A stretch of DNA of 64,000 nucleotides from Planctomycetota bacterium (lineage in GTDB: Bacteria; Planctomycetota; UBA1135; UBA2386): contig JACKHZ010000009.1 of NCBI GenBank assembly GCA_020638735.1, positions 442,505 through 506,504 on the forward strand. The letters run 5' to 3'. How positions within the stretch are numbered: position 1 is the first letter of the stretch; every line of letters starts with the position of its first letter. Both the position numbers and the translations under genes were made by a program. A model generated the notes under the pieces. That model was not told the origin of the DNA, searched no databases, and was given only the letters and a program-made list of their open reading frames with translations. Below are positions 1 to 7,830 of the stretch, in pieces.

Positions 1-424
1 CGACCGAGCCCTGCCGCGGGATCACCGGGATCAGGTCGGCGTTCCACAGCGCGAGCGCCTGCTCGATCAGCAGCGGCCGCACGCCAGAGTGACCGAGCGC
101 CAGGTTGTGGATGCGCAGCGCGAACGCCAACCGGCTCTGCTCGATCGACAGCGGCTCGCCGACGCCGGTGGCGTGGCTCAGCAGCAGGTTCTTCTGCAGC
201 TGACCGAGCTTCTGCGACTCGATGCGCACCCCGGCGAGCTTGCCGAAGCCGGTGTTGATGCCGTACATCGTGCGGCCGCTGCGCACGGCGGCGTCGACCT
301 CGGCGCGGCAGGCCGCGACGCGGCGCTTGCTGTCCTTGCCGAGCGCGATCGTGTGGCCGGGCCGACTGAGCGCGACGAGGGTGGCGAGCGGCAGGTCGGG
401 CTCGCCGAGCAGGATCTTGGTCAT
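1..424 (-). CDS. hutH: Histidine ammonia-lyase, N-terminal part (gene continues past window start)
   Basis: Not in ORF track because it runs off the window. Reverse translation from ATG (complement of 422-424) gives MTKILLGEPDLPLATLVAL...RTMYGINTGFGKLAGVRI...LLLSHATGVGEPL...IPVIPRQGSV. This matches the YGI(N/T)TGFG and SH motifs and the lead-in to the GS(V/L)GASGDL segment of aromatic amino acid ammonia-lyases. Confidence 0.8.
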   Translation of the reverse strand, partial: MTKILLGEPDLPLATLVALSRPGHTIALGKDSKRRVAACRAEVDAAVRSGRTMYGINTGFGKLAGVRIESQKLGQLQKNLLLSHATGVGEPLSIEQSRLAFALRIHNLALGHSGVRPLLIEQALALWNADLIPVIPRQGSV

Positions 425-498
425 CGGCCAGACCAATACCGCCGAAGGCTGTTCCGGCGCCACCTTGAACTGCCCCGCCGGGGCCGCACACTGCGCCG

Positions 499-846
499 AT
501 GGCCAAGAAGATCGACTGGTACTACCACCGCAAGGGCTGAACGAGCTGCAAGCGCTCCGACGCGTTCCTCGGGGACGCCGGAGCCACCGTCCGTGAGACG
601 GTGGATGCACAGAAGCAGCGGTTCGCGCCCGCGGACCTCGAACAGCTGTTCGCCGACGCGGCCAAGGTCGTCGTCGCCAGGGGCAAGAAGGTGCTGACGT
701 TCACCCCCGGCGCCGCCGACTTCGACCGCACGGCGTTCGAGACGGCGGTGATCGGACCGTCCGGCAACCTGCGCGCGCCGACCGCGCGCGTCGGCAAGAC
801 CTGGTACGTCGGCTTCAGCGACGAGGCCTACGCGCCGCTCGCCTAG
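499..846 (+). CDS. ArsC/Spx-family thioredoxin-fold protein with in-frame TGA read as selenocysteine (U-T-S-C redox motif)
   Basis: ATG at 499 and TGA at 538-540 lie in the same frame as track ORF 601..846. Translation is MAKKIDWYYHRKG-U-TSCKRSDAFLGDAGATVRETVDAQKQRF...GNLRAPT...VGFSDEAY. The TGA sits where the family has the first Cys of CxxC. The nearest upstream in-frame stop is 466-468. Confidence 0.65.
554..584 (+). promoter_or_regulatory. Candidate bacterial SECIS-like hairpin downstream of the in-frame TGA
   Basis: gcuccg (554-559) pairs with cggagc (579-584), and 561-562 pairs with 576-577, leaving a G-containing apical loop. The stem starts 14 nt after the UGA. An alternative pairing is gaacg (539-543) with cgttc (563-567). 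No model was run. Confidence 0.3.
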
Positions 847-1841
847 CGCGCGCGCCACACGCCGCCGCGCAGCAGCGGCAACCACTCGTCGGCGCGGTAG
901 ACCCGCTCGAGCACGGCGCTGCCGTCGGGCGCGCCGGCGAGCCGATACAGCGCTTCGGTGACGATCTTGCGCACGAAGGCGTCGTCGTCGAGCAGCAGGT
1001 GCCACAGCGGCAACGCGTCGTGCGGCGCGCGCGACAGCATCGCCAGCTTCTGGGCGAGCTTGCGCCGCTCTTCGGCGCTGCTGCCGCCGCGCACCGACTT
1101 GTCGTAGAGCCGAACCAGCTGCCGCACATCACCCGAGGCGTCGGCGAACAGCGGAGTCCCGACGAAGCCGTCGACGACGCGCGCGCCGGCGCCCGCCGGC
1201 ACCCATGCTTCGCGCGAACCGACGGCGACCGACACGGCGCCCTCCTGCACCGTCACGGCGACCTCTCCGACGCGCTCGACGTCCACCTCGAAGCGACAGC
1301 CTCGGTCGACGATGTCCACCGCCGCGCGTTCGCCGTTCGCCGACCCGATCGGCACCTCGACGACGAAGAACCCTGCGACGACGGCCGGCGGCTCGGCGAT
1401 GTCTGCCTGCAGGCGGCCGCGGCGCAGACGCAACCGCAGCTCGTCGTCGCGCCAGTGCACGAGCTCGAGCTCGCCGCCGACGGACAGCGTGACCGTCGCC
1501 AGTTCCCCCATCGCGAGGTGCAGCGCCTGCTGCCCGGCGACGAAGTGGCGGCCGGCGTCACCGGGCCGCAGCTCGCTGCCACGCCACCAGGCCGCGGCCC
1601 CCCACGCCAGCAGCAGCGCCGCAGCCGCAGCCGCAGCTGCGAACCAACGCCACGGCCGCGCGCCGCTCGCGCGCGCCGTCAACACGTGCTCGGGCGCCGA
1701 CGAGCCGGACCAGCGCAGCGGCGCCAGCGCGCGCTCGAGCGCGGCGACGTCGGGCTCGACCGGCGCGGTGGTGTCCCACAGGTAGTCGGGGTCCCACAGG
1801 TAGTCGGTGTCCCACAGGGAGTCGGCGTCGCGCTCGTTCAT
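843..1841 (-). CDS. ECF anti-sigma factor, FecR-like, single TM helix
   Basis: Its ATG overlaps the stop of the upstream sigma gene (ATGA at 1838-1841). It has a TM segment (WRWFAAAAAAAALLLAWGAAAWW) followed by a FecR-like beta-rich region (VTLSVGGELELV...GFFVVEVPIG...VDRGCRFEVDV...VTVQEGAVSV). Confidence 0.6.
   Translation of the reverse strand: MNERDADSLWDTDYLWDPDYLWDTTAPVEPDVAALERALAPLRWSGSSAPEHVLTARASGARPWRWFAAAAAAAALLLAWGAAAWWRGSELRPGDAGRHFVAGQQALHLAMGELATVTLSVGGELELVHWRDDELRLRLRRGRLQADIAEPPAVVAGFFVVEVPIGSANGERAAVDIVDRGCRFEVDVERVGEVAVTVQEGAVSVAVGSREAWVPAGAGARVVDGFVGTPLFADASGDVRQLVRLYDKSVRGGSSAEERRKLAQKLAMLSRAPHDALPLWHLLLDDDAFVRKIVTEALYRLAGAPDGSAVLERVYRADEWLPLLRGGVWRAR
1773..1826. repeat. 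3 x 18-bp tandem repeat inside the anti-sigma N-terminus
   Basis: The units are gtcccacaggtagtcggg / gtcccacaggtagtcggt / gtcccacagggagtcggc. On the minus strand they encode DSLWDT-DYLWDP-DYLWDT. Confidence 0.9.
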
Positions 1842-2434
1842 CGCCGCTCCTCCACGGCGTCGCCGAGCGCCGCGCGCAGCTGCGCCATGCCGCGCGTCAG
1901 GTTGACCCGCACCGAGCCGTGCGTCATGCCGGTGCGCTCGGCGATCTCGGCGCCCGACAGCCCGGCGACCAGCCGCAGCGTCAGCGTCTCGCGGTAGGCC
2001 TCCGGCAGCGCCGCGATCGCCGCCAACACCCGCGCAGCCAGCTCGCGCCCGGCAGCCCGTTCATCCGGCGCCGCCGCCGGGTCGACCGGGTCGCCCTGCC
2101 GTGCATCGAACGGCGCGGCCAAGGGCGCCCGCTGCCGCCGGCGCAGCACGTCGCGCGCGGCGTTGCGCGCTGCGGTGGCGACGAAGCCCGGGAAGGCGTC
2201 GGCATCACGCAGACGGGGCAGCGAGGCGAACACGGAGCAGAACACGTCGTGGGTCACGTCTTCGGCGACTTGCCGGCCGACGAGGGCCAGCACGATGCCG
2301 TGCACGACCGGCGCGAACGTCTCGTACAGCGCCGCGCGCGCGGCGCGGTCGCCGCCTGCCGCCGGGCCGACCTGCGCGCGCCATGCGCTGCGGTCGGTCG
2401 CCGGTCGAGGATTGCCGCCGGTCGGATCGGCCAT
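1838..2434 (-). CDS. ECF-type RNA polymerase sigma-70 family factor
   Basis: Trimmed from track ORF 1838..2875 to MADPTGGNPRP (complement of 2432-2434). Region 2-like segment: DVTHDVFCSVFASLPRLRDADAFPGFVATAARNAARDVLRRR. Region 4 HTH: LPEAYRETLTLRLVAGLSGAEIAERTGMTHGSVRVNLTRGMAQLR. Confidence 0.85.
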   Translation of the reverse strand: MADPTGGNPRPATDRSAWRAQVGPAAGGDRAARAALYETFAPVVHGIVLALVGRQVAEDVTHDVFCSVFASLPRLRDADAFPGFVATAARNAARDVLRRRQRAPLAAPFDARQGDPVDPAAAPDERAAGRELAARVLAAIAALPEAYRETLTLRLVAGLSGAEIAERTGMTHGSVRVNLTRGMAQLRAALGDAVEERR

Positions 2435-2576
2435 GCACACGAGGAAGGACGGAGCTCCCCCGACAGTGTTAGCAGAACGCGATCGTCGGGACCCGTCGCG
2501 AACGCGCGGGTGCTGCCTACCCGTCGCGCGGCGCCAGGCACGGTGGCCCTTCTGGACTGCTGCGCAGCTCAGTCGG

Positions 2577-3032
2577 TCACGCTGGCGACTCGAGCTGCAG
2601 CGGCGGCGCCGACGGCACCAGGAAGAAGCGGCCGACGTCCACCTCGAAACGGCTGCCGTCGTCGCGTTCGAAGGTGTAGCTGCCCTCCATCGTGCCCCAC
2701 TGCGTGCGCAGCGGACAGTAGCTGACGTAGCTGTAGCTCTCACCGATGCCGAGGTGCGGGAACTCGCCGACGACGCCGCGGCCGCGCACGTCCTCACGCC
2801 GCCCATCACCGTCGACGATGATCCAGTGCCGCGACAGCAGCCGCGCGGCGCCGTCGTGGTCACCGCCACCGACATTGGTCATCGTGATCTTGTAGCGGAA
2901 CACGAAGCTCTGCCGCTCCGCGTGGCCGCCGACCAGGAAGTCCTGCGGCAGCGCCTCCTGCGGCAGGAACTCGGCCGCCGCGTAGACGCGGATGCCGTTC
3001 GTGGTCGTGTCGGAGTGCGGCGATTGGGGCAT
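2577..3032 (-). CDS. apaG: ApaG (DUF525) protein
   Basis: Trimmed to MPQSPHSDTTTNGIRV. FVFRYKITMTNVGG...LLSRHWIIVDGDGRREDVRGRGVVGEFPHL..GESYSYVSYCPL....GTMEGSYTF is a typical ApaG pattern. Confidence 0.8.
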   Translation of the reverse strand: MPQSPHSDTTTNGIRVYAAAEFLPQEALPQDFLVGGHAERQSFVFRYKITMTNVGGGDHDGAARLLSRHWIIVDGDGRREDVRGRGVVGEFPHLGIGESYSYVSYCPLRTQWGTMEGSYTFERDDGSRFEVDVGRFFLVPSAPPLQLESPA

Positions 3033-3102
3033 GGCGGACAGAAGGGGTCGAGCGCCAGGATAGACCGGGCGGTGGGAAATGCGAGGCCCGCAGGCGTCGC
3101 CG

Positions 3103-3480
3103 CTAGTGACCGTGCGGGTCCTTGCCCTGGTGGAACTCGAGCTTGGTATCCGCCGCGCCGAGTTCGAGGTGGCCGTCGGCGAGCTTGCCGGTCCACTTGC
3201 CCGGCTTGCCCTTGCCCAGCAGCTCCGCATCGACGCTCACGGCGCCGGTCGCCGCGTCGAAGGTGTAGGTGCCATGGATGTGCTCGTGGCTGTCGTTCGC
3301 GTCGGGCGCCGTGTGCACCTGCAATCGCGTACCGCCCTCCTTGGTCTCGAAGCTGAGCGACATGCCGGGCTTGTGGTCCGGGGTCTCCTGCGACCAGCTG
3401 CCGGCGAGCGGGTGGCTGTCACCGCAGGCGGCGAGGGAGAGCGAGGCGAACAGGGTCAGGGCGCGGAGCTTCATGGTCAT
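3103..3480 (-). CDS. Small lipoprotein, unknown function
   Basis: Only the last 125 aa of track ORF 3103..4647 look protein-like: MTMKLRALTLFASLSLAAC (signal peptide plus lipobox Cys), then a His-rich soluble domain. Confidence 0.6.
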   Translation of the reverse strand: MTMKLRALTLFASLSLAACGDSHPLAGSWSQETPDHKPGMSLSFETKEGGTRLQVHTAPDANDSHEHIHGTYTFDAATGAVSVDAELLGKGKPGKWTGKLADGHLELGAADTKLEFHQGKDPHGH

Positions 3481-3663
3481 TCTCGTCGGACCATCATCGC
3501 CAGCCCCGCGCGCGGGTCCAGCCCGCGGCGACAGCCCGGGGCGGGATTCCCGAGCCGGACGAGCGCCTGCTACCGGGCCGGCCTGAGGCATGCAAGGCTC
3601 CGCCGGCAGCCGAGGTAGGTCAGACCATTCAGCGTCGACCGGGGAATTGCCGATGCCGATGCC

Positions 3664-4332
3664 ATGTCGACCCGGACGACGCTGACGCCGTGGATCCTCG
3701 CCGCCTGGTTCGGGCTGGCGGGCGCTGGCGCGTGGCAGCTGGTCGAACACGCGACCGCGGCCGGCACGGTCGGCGCGGTGCCACAGCAGCTCACCCGCGA
3801 CCAGGTCGCGGCGCTGCGCTGGCAGGGCAACCGCCCGCTGCTGGTGGTCGCCGCGCACCCGCAGTGCCCGTGCCTGCCCAGCACCCTCGACGGCCTCGCC
3901 CGCGTGCTGACCGAGCACCCGGAGGTCGAGCTGCGCGTGCTGGTCTACACGCCGAGCAAGCGGCCGCCGTCGTGGGACGAGGCGCAGAGCCGCACGCTGT
4001 GTGACGGCCTGCCGGACGGCGCCGTGGTGCGCGACCGCGACGGCCAGCTGGCCGCGTCGCTCGGCGCCGAGACCTCCGGCCACGTCAGTCTCTATGCCCC
4101 GGTCGGCGCGCTCGCGTTCGCCGGCGGCATCACCCAGGGCCGCGGCCACACCGGCGCCAACCAGGCCGAACGCGCGCTGCTGCGCGCGCTCGACGCCGCC
4201 TCGCCGCGCCGCGGGACCTCCAGCTCCGAGCAACCCGAGACCACCACCTCCGGCCCCGCGGTGCAGACCGCGGTGTTCGGCTGTCCGCTGACCGACGCAC
4301 CATCGACCTGCAATGAATGCCGCTCTGACTGA
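3664..4332 (+). CDS. Membrane-anchored thioredoxin-fold-like protein (CPC motif, Cys-rich tail)
   Basis: N-terminal TM helix ([15 protein letters not shown]). [15 protein letters not shown] and later GHVSLY...[13 protein letters not shown] resemble TlpA/MauD-like redox proteins. C-terminal tail is [13 protein letters not shown]. Overlaps the next gene by 20 nt. Confidence 0.45.
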   Translation: MSTRTTLTPWILAAWFGLAGAGAWQLVEHATAAGTVGAVPQQLTRDQVAALRWQGNRPLLVVAAHPQCPCLPSTLDGLARVLTEHPEVELRVLVYTPSKRPPSWDEAQSRTLCDGLPDGAVVRDRDGQLAASLGAETSGHVSLYAPVGALAFAGGITQGRGHTGANQAERALLRALDAASPRRGTSSSEQPETTTSGPAVQTAVFGCPLTDAPSTCNECRSD

Positions 4333-5632
4333 CGATCCTCGCCAACGCCTCGCCACCGACCACCGGGCGTTCTGCGCCCAGGTCGACAACGGCATGATGT
4401 GGCTGGTGACGATCGAGGCCACGCTGGCGCTGCTGATCGCCTGGCTGTGGACGCCGCTGGCGTGGGCCGGCACCAGCACCGCGCCGCACACCCACCTGAT
4501 CGCCGCGGTGCTGATCGGCGGCAGTTCGGCGGCGGCGCTGCACTGGTTGTCGCGCGTGCATCCGGGCGAAGCGCTGACGCGGCACGCCACGGCCGCGGCG
4601 ACGATGCTGATGGCGTCGCTGTTCATCCACCTCGCCGGCGGCCGCATCGAGGCGCACTTCTCGGTGTTCGTGACGATGGGCTTCCTGGTCGCCTACCGCG
4701 ACTGGCGCGTGCTGATCACCGCCACCGTTGTCACCGCCGTCGACCACCTGGCGCGCGGCCTGTTGCTGCCCCGCTCGGTGTTCGGCAGCGACGTCGTCGA
4801 CCTGCTGCGCGTCGTCGAGCACGCCACCTACGTGGTCGTCGAGGTGGCGGTGCTGGTGGTCGTCTGCCGCATGGCGATGGCCGAGATGCTGCGCACGGCG
4901 ACCGCGCTGATCGCCGGCGAACAGGCCCGCGCCGACGTCGAGCGCGCCCACCAGGACCAGGCGATGCAGGTCGCCGCGGCCCGCGAGGAAGGCATCCAGC
5001 AGGTGCGCGCGATCCTCGACGAGTTCCGCAACGTCGGCGGCTCGATCGACGAGAGCGCGCAGATGGCGCTGCAGCTGCAGACCATCGGCGAGAGCAACCG
5101 CCAGCACGCGCGCGCCGGCAGCGAGGTGCTGGAGCGCACCGTCAAGCGCTTCGAGGCGCTGGCGTCGTCGGTGCAGCAGACCGGGACCAGCATCCAGGCG
5201 CTGGTCGACACCGGCAGCGAGATCGCCAAGGTCACCGGCTTGATCTCGAGCATCGCCTTCCAGACCAACCTGCTGGCGCTCAACGCGGCGGTCGAGGCGG
5301 CGCGGGCCGGCGAGCACGGCAAGGGCTTCGCCGTGGTCGCCGACGAGGTGCGCTCGCTGTCGGCGCGCACGACGGCGGCGACCCAGCAGATCGAGCAGTT
5401 CGCGCAGCAGGTGCAGCAGCGCGCGGCCGAGTTGGCGACCGTCACCGGCCGGGCCAACGAGGAGGCCAGCCAGGGCATGGCGTTGATCGACGACGCCGAG
5501 GCCTCGATCCAGTCGATCCAGAAGAGCGCCGACGAGCTCGGCGAAGTCGTCTGCGGCTCGCTCGAGGCCAACGCGCGACTGCAGGAGCAGAGCGAGCGGC
5601 TGCAGCGCGACGTGGCCGCGCTGGCGACCTGA
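4313..5632 (+). CDS. Methyl-accepting chemotaxis protein with multi-pass His-rich membrane N-domain
   Basis: The signalling hairpin [40 protein letters not shown] is diagnostic. The N-terminal ~190 aa contain several hydrophobic helices with conserved-looking His ([31 protein letters not shown]). Confidence 0.85.
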   Translation: MNAALTDDPRQRLATDHRAFCAQVDNGMMWLVTIEATLALLIAWLWTPLAWAGTSTAPHTHLIAAVLIGGSSAAALHWLSRVHPGEALTRHATAAATMLMASLFIHLAGGRIEAHFSVFVTMGFLVAYRDWRVLITATVVTAVDHLARGLLLPRSVFGSDVVDLLRVVEHATYVVVEVAVLVVVCRMAMAEMLRTATALIAGEQARADVERAHQDQAMQVAAAREEGIQQVRAILDEFRNVGGSIDESAQMALQLQTIGESNRQHARAGSEVLERTVKRFEALASSVQQTGTSIQALVDTGSEIAKVTGLISSIAFQTNLLALNAAVEAARAGEHGKGFAVVADEVRSLSARTTAATQQIEQFAQQVQQRAAELATVTGRANEEASQGMALIDDAEASIQSIQKSADELGEVVCGSLEANARLQEQSERLQRDVAALAT

Positions 5633-5752
5633 AGCCAGGGCACGGCACCCGCAAGGGTCTGCCCGCCGGCCGGATCGGCCCCCGCCGCGCGGCGCGGGAC
5701 GGAACAGGACATTCCGGAAACGGGTCGCGGTGGAGGATCGTCATCCTGGACG

Positions 5753-7825
5753 ATGCCGATCCCACCGATGCGCTCCCTCCCTCCCTGGTGCGACGCCGCA
5801 CTCGCAGCGCTCGCCGTCGCCGGCCTCGCCGCCGCGCAGTCCCCGACGTTCTCGACCGCGCTGTTCCCCGGCGACGGCGTGCAGCGATACGAAGGCGCCG
5901 AGTGGCTGTGCGTGCGCGTCGTCGACGTGATGACCGGGGCGCCGCTGCCGGGCGCCGAAGTGGCCCTGGTCGCCGAGTCGGGTCACCCGGTGCGCGGCGA
6001 GTTCTCGGCGCTGCAGCGGGCCACCGCCGACGCCGACGGCTTCGTGCGCCTGCCGAACGGAGCGCCCGCCGACGGCCGCCTGCACGGCTGGATGCTGGCC
6101 CGCGCGCCGGGCCACGGCCAGCGCATGGAGATGGGCTACCTCGGCGACGTCGTCGCGCTGGCGCCGGCGATCGACCTGCCGCTGGAGATCGTCGACCGCT
6201 TCGAGGAGCCGGTCGCCGACTGCCTGATCGGCATGTGCTGCGGCTGCGGCCACACGCCGGACATCGCCTGGGCCCGCACCGACGCCAAGGGCCAATGCAC
6301 GCTGCGCGGGGTCGACGACCGGCAGGGCATCCGCGACCTCTACCTCGAGCACCCGCGCCTCGGCCTGTTGTACGACGACCGCCAGTGGTTCCCCGGCGAA
6401 CCGCCGGTGCACGTCGTCGCCCCCTACGGCAACTGCTCGCAGGGCGTCGTCGTCGACGAGAACGGCAAGCCGGTCGCGGGCGCGTTCGTCGGCTACCTCG
6501 AGGTGCATCGCGGGCCGTGGACGCGCACCGCCGCCGACGGCTCGTTCCGGCTGTGCGGCACCGACGACGTGCCGACCGTGCTCTACGTCGACGTGCCGGG
6601 CGCCGACGGCGCGCAGCGCCGCATCGAGGTCGCCCTGAACGACCAGGTCCCGCTGCGGCTGCAGCTGCCGCCGGCGCCGCCGCCGGACGTCTCGCGGCGG
6701 CCCGGCTGGATCGAGTTCGTCGAGCTGCAGGAAGGCGAGCGGCCGCGCCGCGACGTGCCGCCCGGCTCGCAGCCGTGGCCGCCGGAGAGCGGGGCCGTGG
6801 CGAACGCCCCGGCGGTGACCGTGCGCACCGTCGACCTGCCGGCGGACGAGCACGTGACGCTGGTGACCGCGACGGCCGAACACGACCTCGACGACTACGT
6901 GAAGAGCGGCGCGCCGGTGCCGCTGCCGGACGAGCCGTTCGCGTTCGTGCTCGGCTCGGCCTACGGCCCCCACCGCACCTTCCGCTACACGCGGCAACAG
7001 GCGCTGGCCGAAGGCATCGTGCGGCTGCGCTGGTTCCGCCCGACGCGCATCGAAGGGCGCGTGATCGGCCCGGACGGCGCGCCGCGCGACGTCGAGCTGA
7101 AGCTGCTGACGCCGGCCGAGGCGCTGACGGTGCCCGACCTGCCGGGACGTGACGGCGCGCCGTGCCCCGGCGCGATCGCGCTCGAGACCGACCGCGAAGG
7201 CCTCGCCGTGCTGCAGGTCACCGACGGCATCGGCACCTTGCCGACGCGGCTGCTGACCTTCCTGCTGCCGCCGCGCGGCGACGACGTCGTGGTCGACGTC
7301 GGCACCGTGGAGCTGTCCGAGCGACCGCAGTTCCTGCTGCGCGACGTCGACGGCGAGGAGCTCGTCGACTGGCAGGTGGCGCTGCTGCGCCGCGGCTTCG
7401 TCGACGCCGAGCAGGTCGGCCACGTGCGGCTGCGCCGCGCCGGCCACACGCCGACGCTCGAGCTGCAACCGGGCGACGTGCTGCACGTCGAGCCGGTGGA
7501 GGAGCAGCCGCAGCTCGAGGACGGCAAGGCGATCTACCGCGTGCCGGCGCGCTTCGCGATCGACGGCGACGGGCCGTGGGACTTCACGTTGCCGGCCGGC
7601 GAGCTGTGGCTGCGCGCGCGCTGCGACGACGCGCCGACCGCGGCGATCGTGCTGTTCGTCGACGACCTGCGCATCGAGTTGAAGGAACCGCTGCTGCTGC
7701 GCGGCCTGACCGTCGGCCGCCACCGCCTGTTCGTCTGCGCCAAGGGCCACCAGACGGCGATCGTCGACGTCGACGTGCCAGCCGTTGGCATGGCCGAACT
7801 CGACCTCGTGCTGCCGCCGCGCTGA
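5753..7825 (+). CDS. Secreted protein with repeated CarboxypepD_reg-like beta-sandwich modules
   Basis: Signal-like N-terminus (AALAALAVAGLAAAQSP). Recurrent module such as VRVVDVMTGAPLPGAEVALV...TADADGFVRLP. The antisense 763-aa ORF is Arg/Ala junk. Confidence 0.6.
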   Translation: MPIPPMRSLPPWCDAALAALAVAGLAAAQSPTFSTALFPGDGVQRYEGAEWLCVRVVDVMTGAPLPGAEVALVAESGHPVRGEFSALQRATADADGFVRLPNGAPADGRLHGWMLARAPGHGQRMEMGYLGDVVALAPAIDLPLEIVDRFEEPVADCLIGMCCGCGHTPDIAWARTDAKGQCTLRGVDDRQGIRDLYLEHPRLGLLYDDRQWFPGEPPVHVVAPYGNCSQGVVVDENGKPVAGAFVGYLEVHRGPWTRTAADGSFRLCGTDDVPTVLYVDVPGADGAQRRIEVALNDQVPLRLQLPPAPPPDVSRRPGWIEFVELQEGERPRRDVPPGSQPWPPESGAVANAPAVTVRTVDLPADEHVTLVTATAEHDLDDYVKSGAPVPLPDEPFAFVLGSAYGPHRTFRYTRQQALAEGIVRLRWFRPTRIEGRVIGPDGAPRDVELKLLTPAEALTVPDLPGRDGAPCPGAIALETDREGLAVLQVTDGIGTLPTRLLTFLLPPRGDDVVVDVGTVELSERPQFLLRDVDGEELVDWQVALLRRGFVDAEQVGHVRLRRAGHTPTLELQPGDVLHVEPVEEQPQLEDGKAIYRVPARFAIDGDGPWDFTLPAGELWLRARCDDAPTAAIVLFVDDLRIELKEPLLLRGLTVGRHRLFVCAKGHQTAIVDVDVPAVGMAELDLVLPPR

Positions 7826-7830
7826 GAGCG

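Noticed and set aside
601-846. Track ORF taken at face value as an 81-aa protein starting at Met 601
   Set aside because: Family-typical N-terminal sequence continues upstream in the same frame through a single TGA, back to ATG 499. I therefore prefer the Sec-containing 499..846 model. This remains unproven without SECIS/Sec-machinery evidence.
4399-7152. 917-aa + strand ORF spanning the MCP and the next gene in another frame
   Set aside because: It is out of frame with the diagnostic MCP signalling motif, has an Arg/Gly/Pro-rich translation, and crosses an intergenic region.
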